Below, piece by piece: positions 44,818-61,155 of a stretch of DNA of 64,000 bases (position 1 is the stretch's first letter; every line of letters begins with the position of its first letter). Under the pieces are notes generated by a model. That model made no database searches. It was not told the origin of the DNA and saw only the letters and a list, made by a program, of their open reading frames with translations. The DNA is from the human T2T-CHM13v2.0 reference genome, Homo sapiens, in assembly GCF_009914755.1 (NCBI RefSeq), contig NC_060935.1. One strand, written 5' to 3'. The translations under genes were made by a program, and so were the position numbers.

Positions 44818-45245
44818 TATGTTAGTTCAAGTCCATCAAGAAGCAGGCACTGAGACAGGGTTAGACACACAATAAATTTATTGGCAGATATTACTGTGGA
44901 GGATAAAGGGGCAGTGAGCAGGTGAATAAGGGAGAGATTTCAGACTACGGTGAATGTCTGACATGTGTGAAGGAGAATGGAAGGGGCAAAGGTTGGATAG
45001 AGAGAGTCCAGTCCTGCAGCACAGTTCCAAGAAAGGTTTAGCTAGCCAATGGGGCATCCTTGAGATGAAGTTGCACATTAGAGGAGTCCTATGTTTTATA
45101 AGAATGGGAGTGAGCTACTAGCAGTCATTGACTGGAAGCAGCTCATGGGAAACAAAATCTAGCAGCAAAAGACCCATTGGATCTTAAGAGCAGCTTCTAG
45201 GACTATCAGTCAATTATAATCCCAGCAAGAGGACAAATGGCATAC
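44818..45245 (-). mobile_element. LTR16-family (ERVL) solo LTR
   Basis: 'gttagttcaagtccatcaagaagcaggcactgagacagggttagac...aaatttattgg...ggaggataaagggg...tcagactacggtgaatgtctgacatgtgtgaaggaga'. Confidence 0.6.
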
Positions 45246-47925
45246 TTTCATTGTAGTGGTCATGGGAGTGTTAGTTTTTACTCATGGACCAGAACTTTAG
45301 AAAGTGCTGCAGTTTTCAATTAGAAAGTGCTGCAATTTTCAAAGATGACTAAGAAGTCACACATTGAACAAGGTGAGCAAGTGCATTCCAGGCATGAACT
45401 AATGTAGAAATACAGGACAACATGGTGAGTGTGGGGGCGTTGCAAGTAGTGCACTAGAGTTGGAGCATGTACGTAAGTGTGTTGGTGTGCAGCACACCAG
45501 AGAGGGAGGTGGGATTCAGATTGGGAAGAGCAAGGTGAGTTATACAAAGTGGTTTGACCTTATCCTGTAGATAATGTGGGATTATTGAAGGAATTAATGC
45601 TTGACAGAGACAGTGTGAGATCTGCACTGCAGAAAGATTCCTGAAGTATACAAGCTATTCAGATGGAGCATTCCAAGAGGTAAAGAAAATGGAGATACTA
45701 GTAATAAAGAAAAGATAACACCAGACAGACCAGAGTTCCAATCCTAACTCTAACACCTACCAACCATATGAACAGAGCCAAGGCATTTAACTCCCCATAA
45801 CCCCTATTACTAACTTTCTATGTCAGCAATTACTCAACTACTTATTTCATAGTGACACAGGATCATGTGAAATAAATAGTAGTATACTTAGCAGCTCAGG
45901 TGTTGAAAGCAGACATAAACCTACTTTTCTATCTTGGCCCACATGTATGACTACAGGAATATTTTTCACGAACCTCAGTTTTCTTAAATGCAGGTAATAA
46001 TGAAATCACATTTATCTCATGGAGTTGTTCTCTGAGAGGTGATATGTGTGAAGACTTAACTTACTCGTGGTGCAGAAGAAATGACTAAATAACTAAAGGC
46101 TAGGTACTGTTAGGTGATTTACACACTTACAACGTTTTGTTCTCACAGCATCTCTGCAGGCAGGTTATTTCCCCTCACACCTTAGTATAGAGGAGCAAAG
46201 TGATGCTTAAGTAACTGGCTCATGATCACACGAATGATTGTACTGTGCTACAGTTCTCAGCTGCTTGACTTCAAAACCCGTATTCTTAACCACTATTCTC
46301 CATTACCTTCGATTCCAGCACAAAGAAAAACCATTTACCTGCCAAAGAAAATGCAATTCTAGGAACTCACTTGTTGGCTACAGTTGGATTTGCTTGTATT
46401 ACTAGTATACTTTAAAGCAGAGTAAGGGATCATTTAAACCAAACTGCCTGGTTTGCCCCAAGAGAGGTTTTTATTCAGTTCATTTAGACAGAGTATTACA
46501 GCCACCACACAGATTCTAATACAACCTGTGTTATACTATTTGAAATTGTTTTCTGTGAAGGGGAAGGGGTAAAAAATGATGAAGGCAGTTGTCTCCAAGG
46601 CTATCTCTCCTGTCGGGAGAGTCTTTGAAGTGTTTGCACACATTAGTCTCTTCATTCTTATGTGGAATACATTCAACTTCCCAGTAGGAGTAACCATGAC
46701 ACAGATGTTTAAAACCCATAAAAACCGGACCTGATAGGTCAGATGTACAGTCATTAGGCAGAAGGCCCTGACCCATTTAGCTCTCCCTCTTCCCCAATTT
46801 CACTTCCAGAAAAAAGACTGACTTGATTTTAATCCATGTTCTGGCCCATTTCTCGTTAGTCAAAATGCTTAACTTCACCAAGCTTTAGTTTCCTTAATTG
46901 GAATAGGATTATTTTAAGGTTGTCCTAAATACGGACGGTAAATACACATCATTACATCTAACACCTATTAGCTACTCCAGAAATGTTAGCTCCCCTTGGA
47001 TGGATAGCAGAAAATGATTTTCAAAAACAACAAATTGTCAGAAGACAATTTGATCAATAAATAAAAGTGATATTTATTGATAACCAATGAAGAGTTTAAG
47101 ATTTCATCACTAATATTTGCATTAAAAAAACCCAAGCTAAAAACATTCACAGATGCCTTAGCAATAGATTTGCACCATATATCTTGAGGATACGATATTT
47201 TATCCTTATCTATCAATTGCAAGATTTGTGTTTTTCATGAATAATTTTTCTGACCTCTCCAGTGTAGGGGTTCACATCCAACACAGAAAATTATAAATCT
47301 GCAAGACTTGCAAAACACAGATACATTTTTGAAGCTCCACTGGAAAGGAGGCAAAAAGAAAATGCTTCTGTCATTGAAAGAGTAACAGACTGAAATAACG
47401 TGAAGTTTGCTAATTTTATTAACAAGTCTACTCTGGGCAATTTGGCTAGTACCTCTGTCTCCCAAAAGCTCTCTACTGATTCAGTGACATGGGTTCTTGA
47501 ACTGGATGCCCTTTCTGTACCTCTGGAAAGCTTAGCCATGCAGAGGGAGGATTAGAAACAGTAAGCTCCCAGTCCTCGAGATGATTCTGCAAACACCTGG
47601 TAGGTTTGGTCATTTTTACCCTGAAATAATGCTCCAGGAAAGGTAATTTTGCATGGTCTTAGAGTATAATAAGTCAGAACAGTTTTCCAATTTCTGGCCA
47701 TCTTGGCCCATATATTAGCATTTAACAATATTTGACATTTGGCTAATGCTTTGCCAATAACAAGAGAAAACAAATTATAAAAATATAGACTTCTATATCT
47801 TTCCTATTCATTCCAGCTTAGGTATTCTCATGCCACTATGCAAGTTGAGTCCTGCGTTTCTCCTCATTTTTCCTACTGTAATAGTCATGCTCTCCTAAGT
47901 GGTGTTCAACTTTGCAGTTTTTCTT

Positions 47926-48229
47926 TTTTTTTTTTTTTTTTTTTTGAGACGGAGTCTTGCTTTGTCGCCCGGGCTGGAGCGCAGTGGCGCGATCTCGGCA
48001 CACTGCAAGCTCTGCCTCCCGGGTTCACATGCCATTCTCCTGCCTCAGCCTCCCGAGTAGCTGGGACTACAGGCGCCCACCACCACGCCCGGCTAATTTT
48101 TTTGTATTTTTAGTAGAGACGGGGTTTCACTCTGTTAACCTGGATGGTCTCGATCTCCTGACCTCGTGATCCACCCGTCTCGGCCTCCCAAAGTGCTGGG
48201 ATTACAGGCTTGAGCCACCGTGCCCGGGC
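47926..48229 (-). mobile_element. AluY-family SINE
   Basis: Antisense dimer with poly-T. Exact TSD caactttgcagtttttctt (47907-47925 / 48230-48248). Confidence 0.94.
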
Positions 48230-48844
48230 CAACTTTGCAGTTTTTCTTCTCTCCTGGCCAAACCCTAACAAATCAGCCAGTGAAGCATGTTTTTAAAAAA
48301 AGTTATCAATTTATATTAACTATCAATTTATACTAACTTACCATAGGAATTAAAGCATGATAACATTTAAATACACTGTCTATACTCCTAAATATAATGA
48401 GCGTTTGAACACAATCGTACCCCTTAATATGTAGTATCCATTGGAGTCCTTACAACTCCAATTTCAAAACTCATGAAATTGGTATCAGTCACATGAAGGT
48501 GAATGCAAATTCGCTGACAAGTCTTGTCAAGATAAATCTTTGCTGTTAATTAGAATCAGCAGTGTAACCCAGAATTTCAACATCATTGAAAAGTGGGGAG
48601 CAATGGATGTGATTAAGCAATCCACCAACCATGGGGAAAGGAGTTTGTTGCTCCTGTATATTCCTGGCAGGAAGCTGTCCTTACTGGACAGTTATCAAAC
48701 AGTACAAACCTCACCATCAGAGCCTCCAAGTAAATCTCAGGAAACTTTGTGTGGTTCCCAAAGATTCAATAATCCATACATATGAATATGAGTTTCAAAA
48801 ATTCAACCCACAATACTTTTTTTAGTCTCAGGTTTAAAAATGTA

Positions 48845-49955
48845 ATTTCAAGTTTTATTTTAGATTTGGTGGGTCCACGTGCAGGTTTGTTATATTTGTA
48901 TATTGCATAATGCTGAGGTTTGGGATACAAATGATCCTGTTGCTCAGATAGTTAGCATAGTACTCAAGAGTAATTTTTCCACCCTTGTTTCTCTCCTGCC
49001 CTCCTCCCTCTAGTAGTCCTCAGTGTCTATTGTCAGTGTCTTTATGTCCATGAGTACTCAACGTTTAGCTCCCACTTAGAAGTGAGGAAGTGCAGTATTT
49101 GGCTTTCTGTTCCTGTGTTAATTTGCTTGGAATAATGGCCTCCAGCTGCATTCACGTGGCTGCAAAGGACATAATTTCATTCTTTTGTATGGCTGCATAG
49201 TATTTCTTGGTATATATGTACCACATTTTCTTTATTCAATCCACCACTGATGGGCACCTAGGTTGATTCTATGACTGCTATGGTGAATAGTGCTGTTATA
49301 AACGTATCAGTGTATGTATCTTTTTAGTAGAACAACTCATTTTCTTTTGGATATATACCCAGTAATGGGATTGCTGGGTCAAATGGTAGTTCTGTTTTAA
49401 GTTCTTTGAGAAGTCTCTAAACCGCTTTCCACAGTGACTGAACTAATTTACATTACCACTATCAGTGTGTAAACATTCCCTTTTCTCCACAGCCTTGCCA
49501 GCCTTGCCAACCAAAATAAATGTGTTTTGACTTTTTACTAATAGCCATTCTGACTGCTGCAAGATTGTCCCTTATTGTGGTTTTGATTTACATCTCTCTG
49601 ACGGTTAATGATGCCATCAAGGGATAAAAGTAACAAAGAAATTATGGACTTACATTTGACACTTGACCAATTAAAACTAATAGACATCTAACAGAGCACT
49701 GCATCCATCAACCACATAATATACATTCTTCTCATCTGCACATGGAACATACTCCAAGATTGACCACACGCTCAACCATAAAGCCAGTCCCAATAAATTC
49801 AAAAAAATTTAAATCATACCAACAATATTATCAGCCCACAGTGGAATAAAAATAGAAATCAATACCAAATAGATCCCTAAAACTACACAATTATGTAGAA
49901 ATTAAACATAATTGCCCCTGAATGACTTTTGGGTATAAGCGAAGTTAAGGCAGAA
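48845..49955 (-). mobile_element. L1PA15/16-type element with 5' inversion (3' end on minus ~48845-49613; endonuclease-region piece on plus ~49614-49955)
   Basis: Antisense 3' UTR/ORF2 end abuts sense 'aacaaagaaattatggactt...atacattcttctcatctgcacatggaacatactccaagattgaccac...aatgacttttgggt'. TSD not clearly visible. Confidence 0.75.
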
Positions 49956-50214
49956 GTCGTACATTTTTTTTCTTTATCAGAGAAAGTTCCTTATCAATTA
50001 ATTTCATTGAATAACCTTTGGAAATACAGGCTAATAGTGTAATATTTAGAATATTAGAGAACTGCTGAATTATACATCTTAATCATGTATGACTTTTTTA
50101 TGTTGAACAGTTTTGGCTTCTAATTAATCTTGTTTAGAAAAATATTTGATTCCCAATTGTAAAACGATGCACAAATTTGCAAAAATATCTTCACGATAAA
50201 AATTGAGAAGTGGG

Positions 50215-50950
50215 AAATACTTGGTAACACATTTTAGGTTTTGCTGTTGTTGTGCTGGGATGCAGTAAAGTTATGTAAAAATAATTTGATCCTTTCAGGT
50301 CTTGCTTTTAAGCTTTGTTGGTAACAGAGATGTGCCTATTTCAGGACTAATTTTGTCTCTACTGAGGCATGTCTTTTTTGTATATGCTACCTATTACCTA
50401 GTGAATCATGAGATTTTCTACTCCAGCTGGTGGGAATAGGAATTCTTCCTAACCAAAGAGTGAGTGTAGGGCACTATCCCCTCTCTTCTTATGGTGTTTT
50501 TCTCCTCAAGCCATACTAGTTTCCTCAGGCATTCTCATAGGTCACCAGAACAGCTGAGAAGGAACGTGTACAGATCTCTGGAGTGCTCTTCTCTCATTCT
50601 CTCTCACTCTCCCTCAATCCCCACCTCCCCTCACTCTTTTCTCTCCGCAGCTCTCCCCTCTCTGATATCCTTCTCCTGCAAACTCTAGCCCAGTGGCCTC
50701 CCTGTACTCCCAGCTCTTTGACTGTGTCCCCTGTCCTCAGACTAGGGCCTGGAAACTCTCTCAATAAGCTGGGACAGTGGTAGGGTCTTCATTTGTTTCC
50801 CTCCATAATTGTCTCTCAATGTTTCTCAATTTAATATTCAATGGCTTGACTACCATTGTGTTGAGTATTTTTGTCCTCATTTTTTTTCAGCTATTTCAAG
50901 CGAGAAGTTAGAATTGATATCTCTTCCTTCATTTGGTGAAAAGTAGAATT
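50215..50950 (-). mobile_element. Ancient L1M 5'-region fragment
   Basis: 'ttgatcctttcaggtcttgcttttaagctttgtt...tgagattttctactccagctggtgggaatagg...gggcctggaaactctctc'. Confidence 0.5.
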
Positions 50951-51248
50951 CAGTCATCGCCAGTGAAGCCTCTTGATAGGTACACTTCTCCCTGCTCTTC
51001 TTAAATGGCTCAAAGGAAGCCTGGATTTTCTCTTATGACTCCCCCGTATAAGTCACATGTTCTATTTAATCTGAGTTGTTTACTCTCCCTCAATATACTC
51101 CATATTCAAAAATATTTCAAGCTTCATATTTTTGGACAAACTAGCTGTTTTACCTGGACTCATATTCATTGAAGAAATGCTACTATGAAATCCTAAGAAC
51201 ATAGAGTTCGTGGGTTTTACTAATTATTTCTGTAAGAGGAAAATTTTC

Positions 51249-52908
<1,660 letters not shown>

Positions 52909-53619
52909 AAGAGGAAAATTTTCACCTCTCAATTTTTTTCATGGCTAAAATGATAAAGGTTGTATCAGATCTGTAACTTTCCAGTAATAGAGGTAGAGAA
53001 ATAAAAACATCTCTGGGTGGAACTATAGTGAGGTGTCCAAGGTCCCACCCACCCCTCCTCAGAATCATAAGAGCACTGACATGAAAGGAGGTAACCCCTA
53101 CATCCTTCCAAGCTCTAAACTTCTATAATCAGAAGATCATTCCATTATGTTTTTTTCTTTTTTCTACAACCCATTCTACTGAGCACCTACCATGTTCTAG
53201 GAAACTGGCAACATGAAGGAAAAATGATAGACATTCCTCCAAGTTAAACAATGCTCTCTGCTATTAGAAAACACTTACTTTTCCACTCAGATGCTATTTG
53301 TCTATTTTTATTTCCCTCATATTCACAATGAAATGTAATTTTCCCCAAATTTTCAAATATATGTGCACCTGTGTTATAGAACTGATGACATATTTTTCTT
53401 TGTATTATAATTATTATTTTCACTTGCCTGCTCCATCTGTAAGATTATAATATTACTGAATTCAAAAATGTCTCTTTGACCTTTGTGTATACATGGAAAC
53501 TTATGATAACAAATATGCTATAAATTATTTATTTCTAATTACCATAGTGATATCATAGTGGAGAAAAATAGAACAATACAAAAATGTATAAATAACAAAT
53601 AATACTTAATTGTGTCTTA

Positions 53620-53870
53620 ATTGTTCCCCATACCCAAGTAAGTTTATTTCCCAGAGGTAACTAATGTTAATATTTTGAGATACATGCTTCCAGAGTTTTT
53701 CTCTAGACACATTTACACATATGGAATCATTTTGCTTTGTGTTTTTTAATAAAAAATTTGATCCTGGTATATGTAATTTTCCAACTTGCTTATTTTTTTT
53801 TTTTACTAAATATGAATCTTGAGCATCTTTTCATGTCTGTACATACAGATCTACTCCATTCTTTTTAAAG
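53620..53870 (-). mobile_element. L1ME-type 3' fragment
   Basis: 'tcccagaggtaactaatgttaa...caacttgcttattttt...tcttgagcatcttttcatgtctgtacatacagatctac'. Confidence 0.55.
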
Positions 53871-55754
53871 GCTTTGTGATATTTTTGATGAATACATACA
53901 TGAATCAGTACACGATGCACCCAGATAAGCTCCTACTATCCAATATCCTTCCCATAAGGTGAAATATGAGCTGCAACATAAACTAATGGAAATAATGCAG
54001 CACCATTCTGCATATAAATAAGGCCATTGAAATATATAATAAAATCTGGAGGGCAAAGACAGGAAGGTAAACTGCACTGATTTTCTAGAAACTTTGATGG
54101 GGAAATGTTTTATGTTATTTCTGCTAAATTCTCAAATTAAAAGCTATAAAAGAAGAAAGCCTTGTTTTCCAAAACTCTTTCCAAATAAAAAAATGGATAC
54201 TACTTAGAGATATATCATCTAAAATGAGACAATTGAGTTCAACACCAAAACACACATTGTGTAATGTGAACTGCCTGCTATTGTGCTTCTTAGTTTAATC
54301 TGGCAAGTTGGGGGAAATAGGAGTGAAAATTAAAAAAAAAATTCCTGATGCAAAAAGATAGTGAGGACTTAAACATCAAGGCAGGCTTGTGGAAAGTAGG
54401 TCAACAGTGTGACTTTACACACATTGTATTGCATACAGAAACTGTACAGATATCAATTTTGTTGCCCTGAGTTACAGAAAAATTAATATGTTGGCACTTA
54501 AATATTCTAATTTACATTTTAAATCTCTGGAGCATTTGGACAATATAATAAGCATATGCACCAAGTCTTATCATAAGGGAATCCTCTATTAAAAAATAAT
54601 CATTAAATGGTGATGATTCTAAAAGAAGATGCTGAATTAAGAATTTTGAAAGGTATGATTAAGAAGATCAGATGTAATATACCTCGGTAAGACAAGAAGA
54701 CTAGGAGTAATAAAATACAGTCAGTCACTTTTTATTGAGTAGCACATAGTTTCTGGAAGTTTATTCTCTGTAATCAGTCTGTCTCAGATTGAATTCTGGC
54801 TGTTACATCCTGATTGTATAAGCCTGGGGTAGACAATTTCTTCATGCCTCAGTTGCCCAATCTGTTCAAATGGGTACAATAATTATCTCAAAATTTGCTC
54901 TAAGGGTTAAATAAGTTTATTATATCTGTGAAATATTAGATTTTTTTTTTACCACAAATTGCTCAGAAAAGTTAGCTATTATTAATTTTATTCATGTGTG
55001 TGATGCACATACTGTCCAAGGCATCTTACAAGGTGAACATTATTATTTTTATTTTAAGGATGGTGAAATTAGCAATGTGAGTGACTAAGTAATTTGCATA
55101 TACATGACAGTTAGTGAGCCAAAGAAGAGGGATATGGATCCCAAGTCTTTTGTCTCCAAGGTCCAATCTCTTTAGGCCACACAACTTTCCCCCAAAATAA
55201 AATATTTTCAGGGTTTATTTTGGGAATCTAGGAAGCAGGTTGGCTGGCTTCGAAAGCTACCTTTAAAACTTTCTCTTCTTTCCCCCTACTAATTTTATAC
55301 TGAACATTTTCTATGAAATGACACTAATTTAGAAGTTCTAACCCTTTTTCACTTTTGGTCGAGCATGCTCTTTTTCTAAGCTTTCAACCTTTTAATCTTG
55401 TCTTTACTTTTTCTAGAATTAAGATGTTGCTATATTTGAAGCAATGCAAATGTAATATATTTCAGCAATGCAAATGTAAATAATTTACTGAGACTGACTT
55501 GATACAAAGCCCACTGGATATGTATATATGATTTGGTTGAAGCAAACAGATGGGTAGAGGTCCAACAAGACGCTCCAGGAGAGACATCCTTGTCCATGAT
55601 TCCAATCCAAGTGTTCTTGAATGCTGTTGCAGCTCTTCACACAGATCTTGATCACAATCAGGCATCTGAAACTTCTTGTACTTGTGAATCACTGGTTTAT
55701 TTAAGGCTTCACTGAATAACTCTCCTGTCCCTCACACACACCTCTGTCTATTTC

Positions 55755-55757
<3 letters not shown>

Positions 55758-55814
<57 letters not shown>

Positions 55815-55840
55815 CTCTCTCTCTCTCTCTCTTTCTCTCT
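55758..55840. repeat. (CA)n-(CT)n microsatellite
   Basis: Directly visible. Confidence 0.96.
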
Positions 55841-58800
55841 TTTCTTTTGTCCAGGTCTTTGAAACCTATTTGGCCCCTGTATGGTTGTAAAATCAGTTCC
55901 TTAAATGCAGGATAAACAGAGAGCTCTGCATGTAGCAGCACCAATGAGCATACAAATATACTAATAAAGAGGTCCTCAGAAAACAAGTTTGCTCTAAAAT
56001 GTTTCTTCCTTAACGTCTAATGATTTTTGTTTCACATTTGAGACAGTATACTACTTTCATAACACTGTTCATGGAAAATCTATCCCGAGAGGGACCCTAT
56101 TTAGAAAATATAAACTCTATGGAAATAAAGTAAGGGAGTTATACAAAAAAATAATTATTCGATCTGCAGATTCCAGAGGCCAATAACTTTTCAATGAGAA
56201 TTTTACAATTTATTATCAAGGTTTTTCATTTCCTGACTTTTAGAAGGTGGGCAGTGACATAGGTATGGATTTCCCATCTGTCAGGTCCAAAGTGAAACCT
56301 CATCTTGTCAAGAAAAGTCTCCCTGACCCTTCCAATTCATAACAGTCTCCACCTTCTCTGAACCTCTGAATACATTGCATTATCATTCTTCTTGTCACCA
56401 TAATAAGAATGCACAGCTGTATGTAATTTTATAAGCATATTACCCTGATTAAATTTTATACTAGTGAAAGGCATCACTATATTTCACAGATCTATCTTCA
56501 GGCTTTAAACCCCAAGCACACATTACTAGATACTATGAATACTTAAATGATGTTCATTACATCAAAAATACCCATTGACCTATAAGGACTTATTTTTCTG
56601 ACCATGTGGCATAAAGAACAGGAATGAAGGGTAGCGAAGGTTCAGGTGAAGAAAACAGCCTTTAAGCCTTCTTGGCACTTTCAATGCCATTATTTCCTGT
56701 TCTAAAGCTGCAGTCAAGTTTCAGCCTACCATAGCATATAGTTTTAATAATTTAAAAACACTTTCTTATATTTTTATCTTATTTTGTCATTACAAAAGGG
56801 GAACACTGCATAATAGTGTACATGATATAATTCTTAACTCCAGTGTGATTGAGAGTCTTAGAAATTCATCCAAAGAAAACTTGGAAATCCACACATACAT
56901 AACTAGATGCTATTTATAAGGAGGACCAATAACACAGGTGAGAAAGCAGCAAACTTTCATGTTCCCTATTCATACAGTATCAGGGCAAAAGACAGACAGC
57001 CTCATCAAGGCATCTACTGCATAGAACTTTTCTTTATTCTTGCTTTTGTTCCAGCAATTGTTTAAGAAATTTTCTACTATGCATCCGCTGGCACCAACAT
57101 CCCCAACATGTAACATTAGGTAAACTCTCCATCTTTATAACACAAGAAACAAGTGAGGGGTTGATTTATAAATCTTGGAATAAATAAATCTACCAGACAA
57201 AATACAACAAAGAAACCTCTCCTGATAACTAGTTTTCACAAATTTGGGAAATTAGTGTAAATAAAAGACTTGGAAATTCATAATGATTTTTGTTTCTATA
57301 ATATTTTGGAAATCCCTATGAATCAGCCTTGAGGCATTTGCATGGCTCCAATCATAAAGACCAACCTGTGCTGTCATTTATTCCCCTCAGTATCCAGTGA
57401 ACAACACTCTCTTATTTGAGTAGGGCTAGGACCTTGGATTCTTGGTATTATAAGAATGTTAATAGCATAGCATCCCTTTTTAAAAGTTTAATTTCTAATT
57501 CAAGTGAGACCATATAAAGTATGGTTAATCTGGCCTCATCTTCATAAAATAGCCCAAATTATTCCATTATGTAAAATACAGGTCATGTTATTGTGTGATT
57601 AATGCAATAATAGAGTGATCCCAGACCACTGGCAGGTTAGTAGTTCTGGGTTTCGCCTTTTGAATTAAATATTGGCTGTGGCTTGGCACCACCATTTGCA
57701 ATTTCTTCTCTAGCTTAAATATCACTGGAGGTAATTTTGGGTCCTGACTGGCTAGGGCATTCTTGGACAACAGCAGGAATTACAGAAGCCCCTGTTGGTT
57801 TGTACACATTTCCTCATCTTGATCCCCAGAGACTGGACTCAGACAACCCTGGGAACACAAGGACCCACCTCGTGCTTTTGTATCTTCCCAATTCTCAAAA
57901 CTGTATTGCTTTCCTTGCACAGCCCCCACCTACACTAGAAGATGAAACATCATCTCACTCCTTTTTCAGAACAAGGGCTTGGTAGAAAATGGAACCAATT
58001 GCCAGTGAAGTTATATCAGAAGTTATGTTGCCATGACATATCAATATATGCTACGTCTATATTAAACACTAATTGAAGTTGTGTTTTTGAAGACTATTCA
58101 AGGGTCTAAAAACAGCCCAAGAGATTCAATTTTTCAAAGCAGGGGACAAACGTGTACCTAGAAAATGGTACATGTGAATGTAGGTGGAGAGCTATAAGGA
58201 CAGACTGGGACAAAATGCCTTAAACATTTAATGTCTCTGTATTCTATAGGAGGAAGTATAAAAGGTGATCAAAATTTTCTTCTTTAGAATTGTCTTTCTC
58301 CAAAATGTCCTGTGACTTATTTGTTTTCTTCATCACTGGGGGGGAAAAACACAAAAATTGAAATAAAAAACCCTATTTTTTAGAAGATATAAAGTGGCAA
58401 ATAAATAAATATACCTTTTCTTAATTATAATCTCTTCTACCATAATTACAATCTAAAACTAGTGTAGAGATTCAAGGATCTGGATTAATGGGTTCAAGAT
58501 CCTATTTTGAGATAGGTGGAGTCTGTTTTTACCTATATAATGTCCTTTCTGTTTCCAAATGTTACTTAAAACAGATTGTCAATCATACCTCATTAGGAGT
58601 TTATAAAAAAGAAAAGGAAACTGACAACTGTAAGTCAGTAAAGATTCTCTTGCTTTGGAAAATGCAGACATGTACTCATAGAGGAAAGCACTTAGAAACT
58701 CAGAAAGCTCTTCATTTTATTGTGGCTTCCCTTACAAAATGTTGATGAACACTTCTGCTTCACCATAGAAAAACTCATACATTCCACACACATGGGAGAC

Positions 58801-60786
58801 AAATTGCTTTGTTCAGTGAATCAAGTTCCATAGGGACACTATGTTGTTCTCATTCACATTCTCCGAAGGGTGCAGTCTTCTTCAAATTAGAATTCAAGGT
58901 CATATTGACAGAGCCCTTAAGCCAACCAGTCTTTTTGGTTTTCTATATACTCCTGTTAGCTTTACTTACAAAGGGCCATATTGTAGATGAGAAAGCGAGG
59001 TTGAGGGCTCTTGAACAGTGAGCAATGGAACAACGTATATCTGAGGGTAGCACAAGTGACGGCGATACCAAAAACAAATAACCTTGTGCTGATCGGCTGT
59101 GAAAATTCAGCAAACTCAATAGCCCTCTAAATTCCTCATTTCATTCCTGGATTGTAAAATACATTCTTATACTTATTTGCTGGCTAACATTCTGTCCAGA
59201 GTCTTTTAAAAAGGAATTCTTATAAATTACGAGCAAACATTCTGCCTAAGTCTCAGTGATTTAGGTAGTGAGCATTGCAATTTGCTGGTAGACACTGTCT
59301 GTAATAAAGAATATTAATTTCTGGCAGTCCTTTTTCATATTCAGAAATACTGGGCACTGTTTAGTACAAGATCTGCTATGTATTTACCAAGAACTCTTGG
59401 AAGAGGTGATCAGTAAGTGGATCTAAATTTCTCATCTGTATAATGGGGATAATATTACCTTTCTAGGCTTATCCCATGGAGTTTTGGTGAGAAATAAGAA
59501 GAAATTGGAATAAATTGAAAAGATAGAAAACATAGATTAATACACTTCTTCCCCTATAGGCCCACATCTGTCTACCTAAAAATCAGCAAAAATCTTGATT
59601 TATCTCTTCTCTATGTCACAATTTCAATATTCTTATAACAAGTTATTTTGGGCTAGGACCCTCTTTCTCTCATCAATATAAACACTCTTTAGCCCCCCTC
59701 CCATTCCAACCTTCACTTCAAAGACATATTTTTAAGAAATCTCTTCATAGGCATGGAACATTTTGTTATATGAATAAAGTAAAACAAAAAAAAGAAGAGT
59801 TTAATTGGAAGAAAGAACTGGATACTTGCCAGATAGCTCAGTTTGTTTTTTGGTTCCCAGTGCATAAAGGGAACTCAGAGGCAAAGTTTAATGAAAGCAA
59901 TGTTTAGTAAAGATTTGAAAATTCTGAGCACATCCAGAATGACTTTGTCCCAGGAGAGAAAACATGTCACAAAATCGGGAATAAGACCCTTCTCTTTACA
60001 TATAAATGGGACTCAACCATGTTCTGACACTTGACATTTTTGGCAAATCTCAAGACAGAAACTGTAGCATGTTTTATTTTTCTTAAGGCAAGTAGTGGAA
60101 GTACATTCTTTTTCTAAAAGGTTTTGCAAGAAGTAGATGTAGGAGCTAGAAAAGGACTATAAAATAAGGTGCAAGTCGCTTAGCAATTGTAGGTGACAGG
60201 CGGGCTAGTATCACAGGTAAAACATTTCTGTGGCCACTAAGTTCTTTAGGTACACTGAAGAGAGGAAGATGAGATCCAACTCTTACTAAGTTTATCCAAT
60301 CAGGACACTTTAAGCCATGTGTTTTACAGATATATCTCTCTATTTCTCTCTTTCCATCACCCACTGTCTCCCTCTTTTTGATTCTCTTTTTCAAGGTTCA
60401 TAATAGCTGTATTTTCTGAACTATGTTCAACATTACTTAAAGATCTGTTCTCTCATCCTGTAAATGAGGAGTCAGAGCTGTATTATGTACAAGAGTCCTT
60501 CCACACTAAACGAACTATGGTTTTCTGCATATAATGGGACAAAAGAGATGGTACTAGAAATTATACAGCATAAGTGCTGAAGTCTAGGCTTATATCCATT
60601 GCTCCTATCAAGGAGTCTCTTTAAACCTAGTTGAGAAGAGTGTGTGATGGCTGGATTCCTTCCCTTATGCAAATCTACCGGGGGATGAGGGGTTTCCAAT
60701 GCAGATTTCTGCCAATTTCCATTCTGATAGGAAGTAGTATTAAGGAGTAATTAAAATCCAGCCCTTCCAGTTTCTAGCTTTGTGGC

Positions 60787-61155
60787 TGCTATGGTCTGAA
60801 TGTTTGTGAACCTCCCCCCTTTCCAATTCAAATGTTGAAATCCTAATCCCCAAGGTGATACTATTAGGAGGTGGGGTCTTTGGAGGTGATTACGTCCTAA
60901 GGGTGGAGGCTTCATGATTGGGATTTGTGCCTTTATAAAAGGGATCCCAGCTAGCTCATCCCTTCTACCAAATGAAGACACAGTGAGAAGACAGCCAGCT
61001 ATGAACCAAGAAGCAGGCCCTCACCACACACTGAATCTGCCAGGCACCTCAATAATAGAATCCTAGATTCTAGAACTGGGAGAAATAACTATCTGTTGCT
61101 TATGAGCCACTCAGCTTGTGGTATTTTGTTACAGCAGCTCAAACAAACTAAGACA
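60787..61155 (+). mobile_element. MLT1A0-like MaLR solo LTR inserted in a MIR
   Basis: 'tgctatggtctgaatgtttgtg' start and 'ttttgttacagcagctcaaacaaactaagaca' end. Degenerate 5-bp TSD gtggc/gtagt. MIR sequence continues on both sides. Confidence 0.88.
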
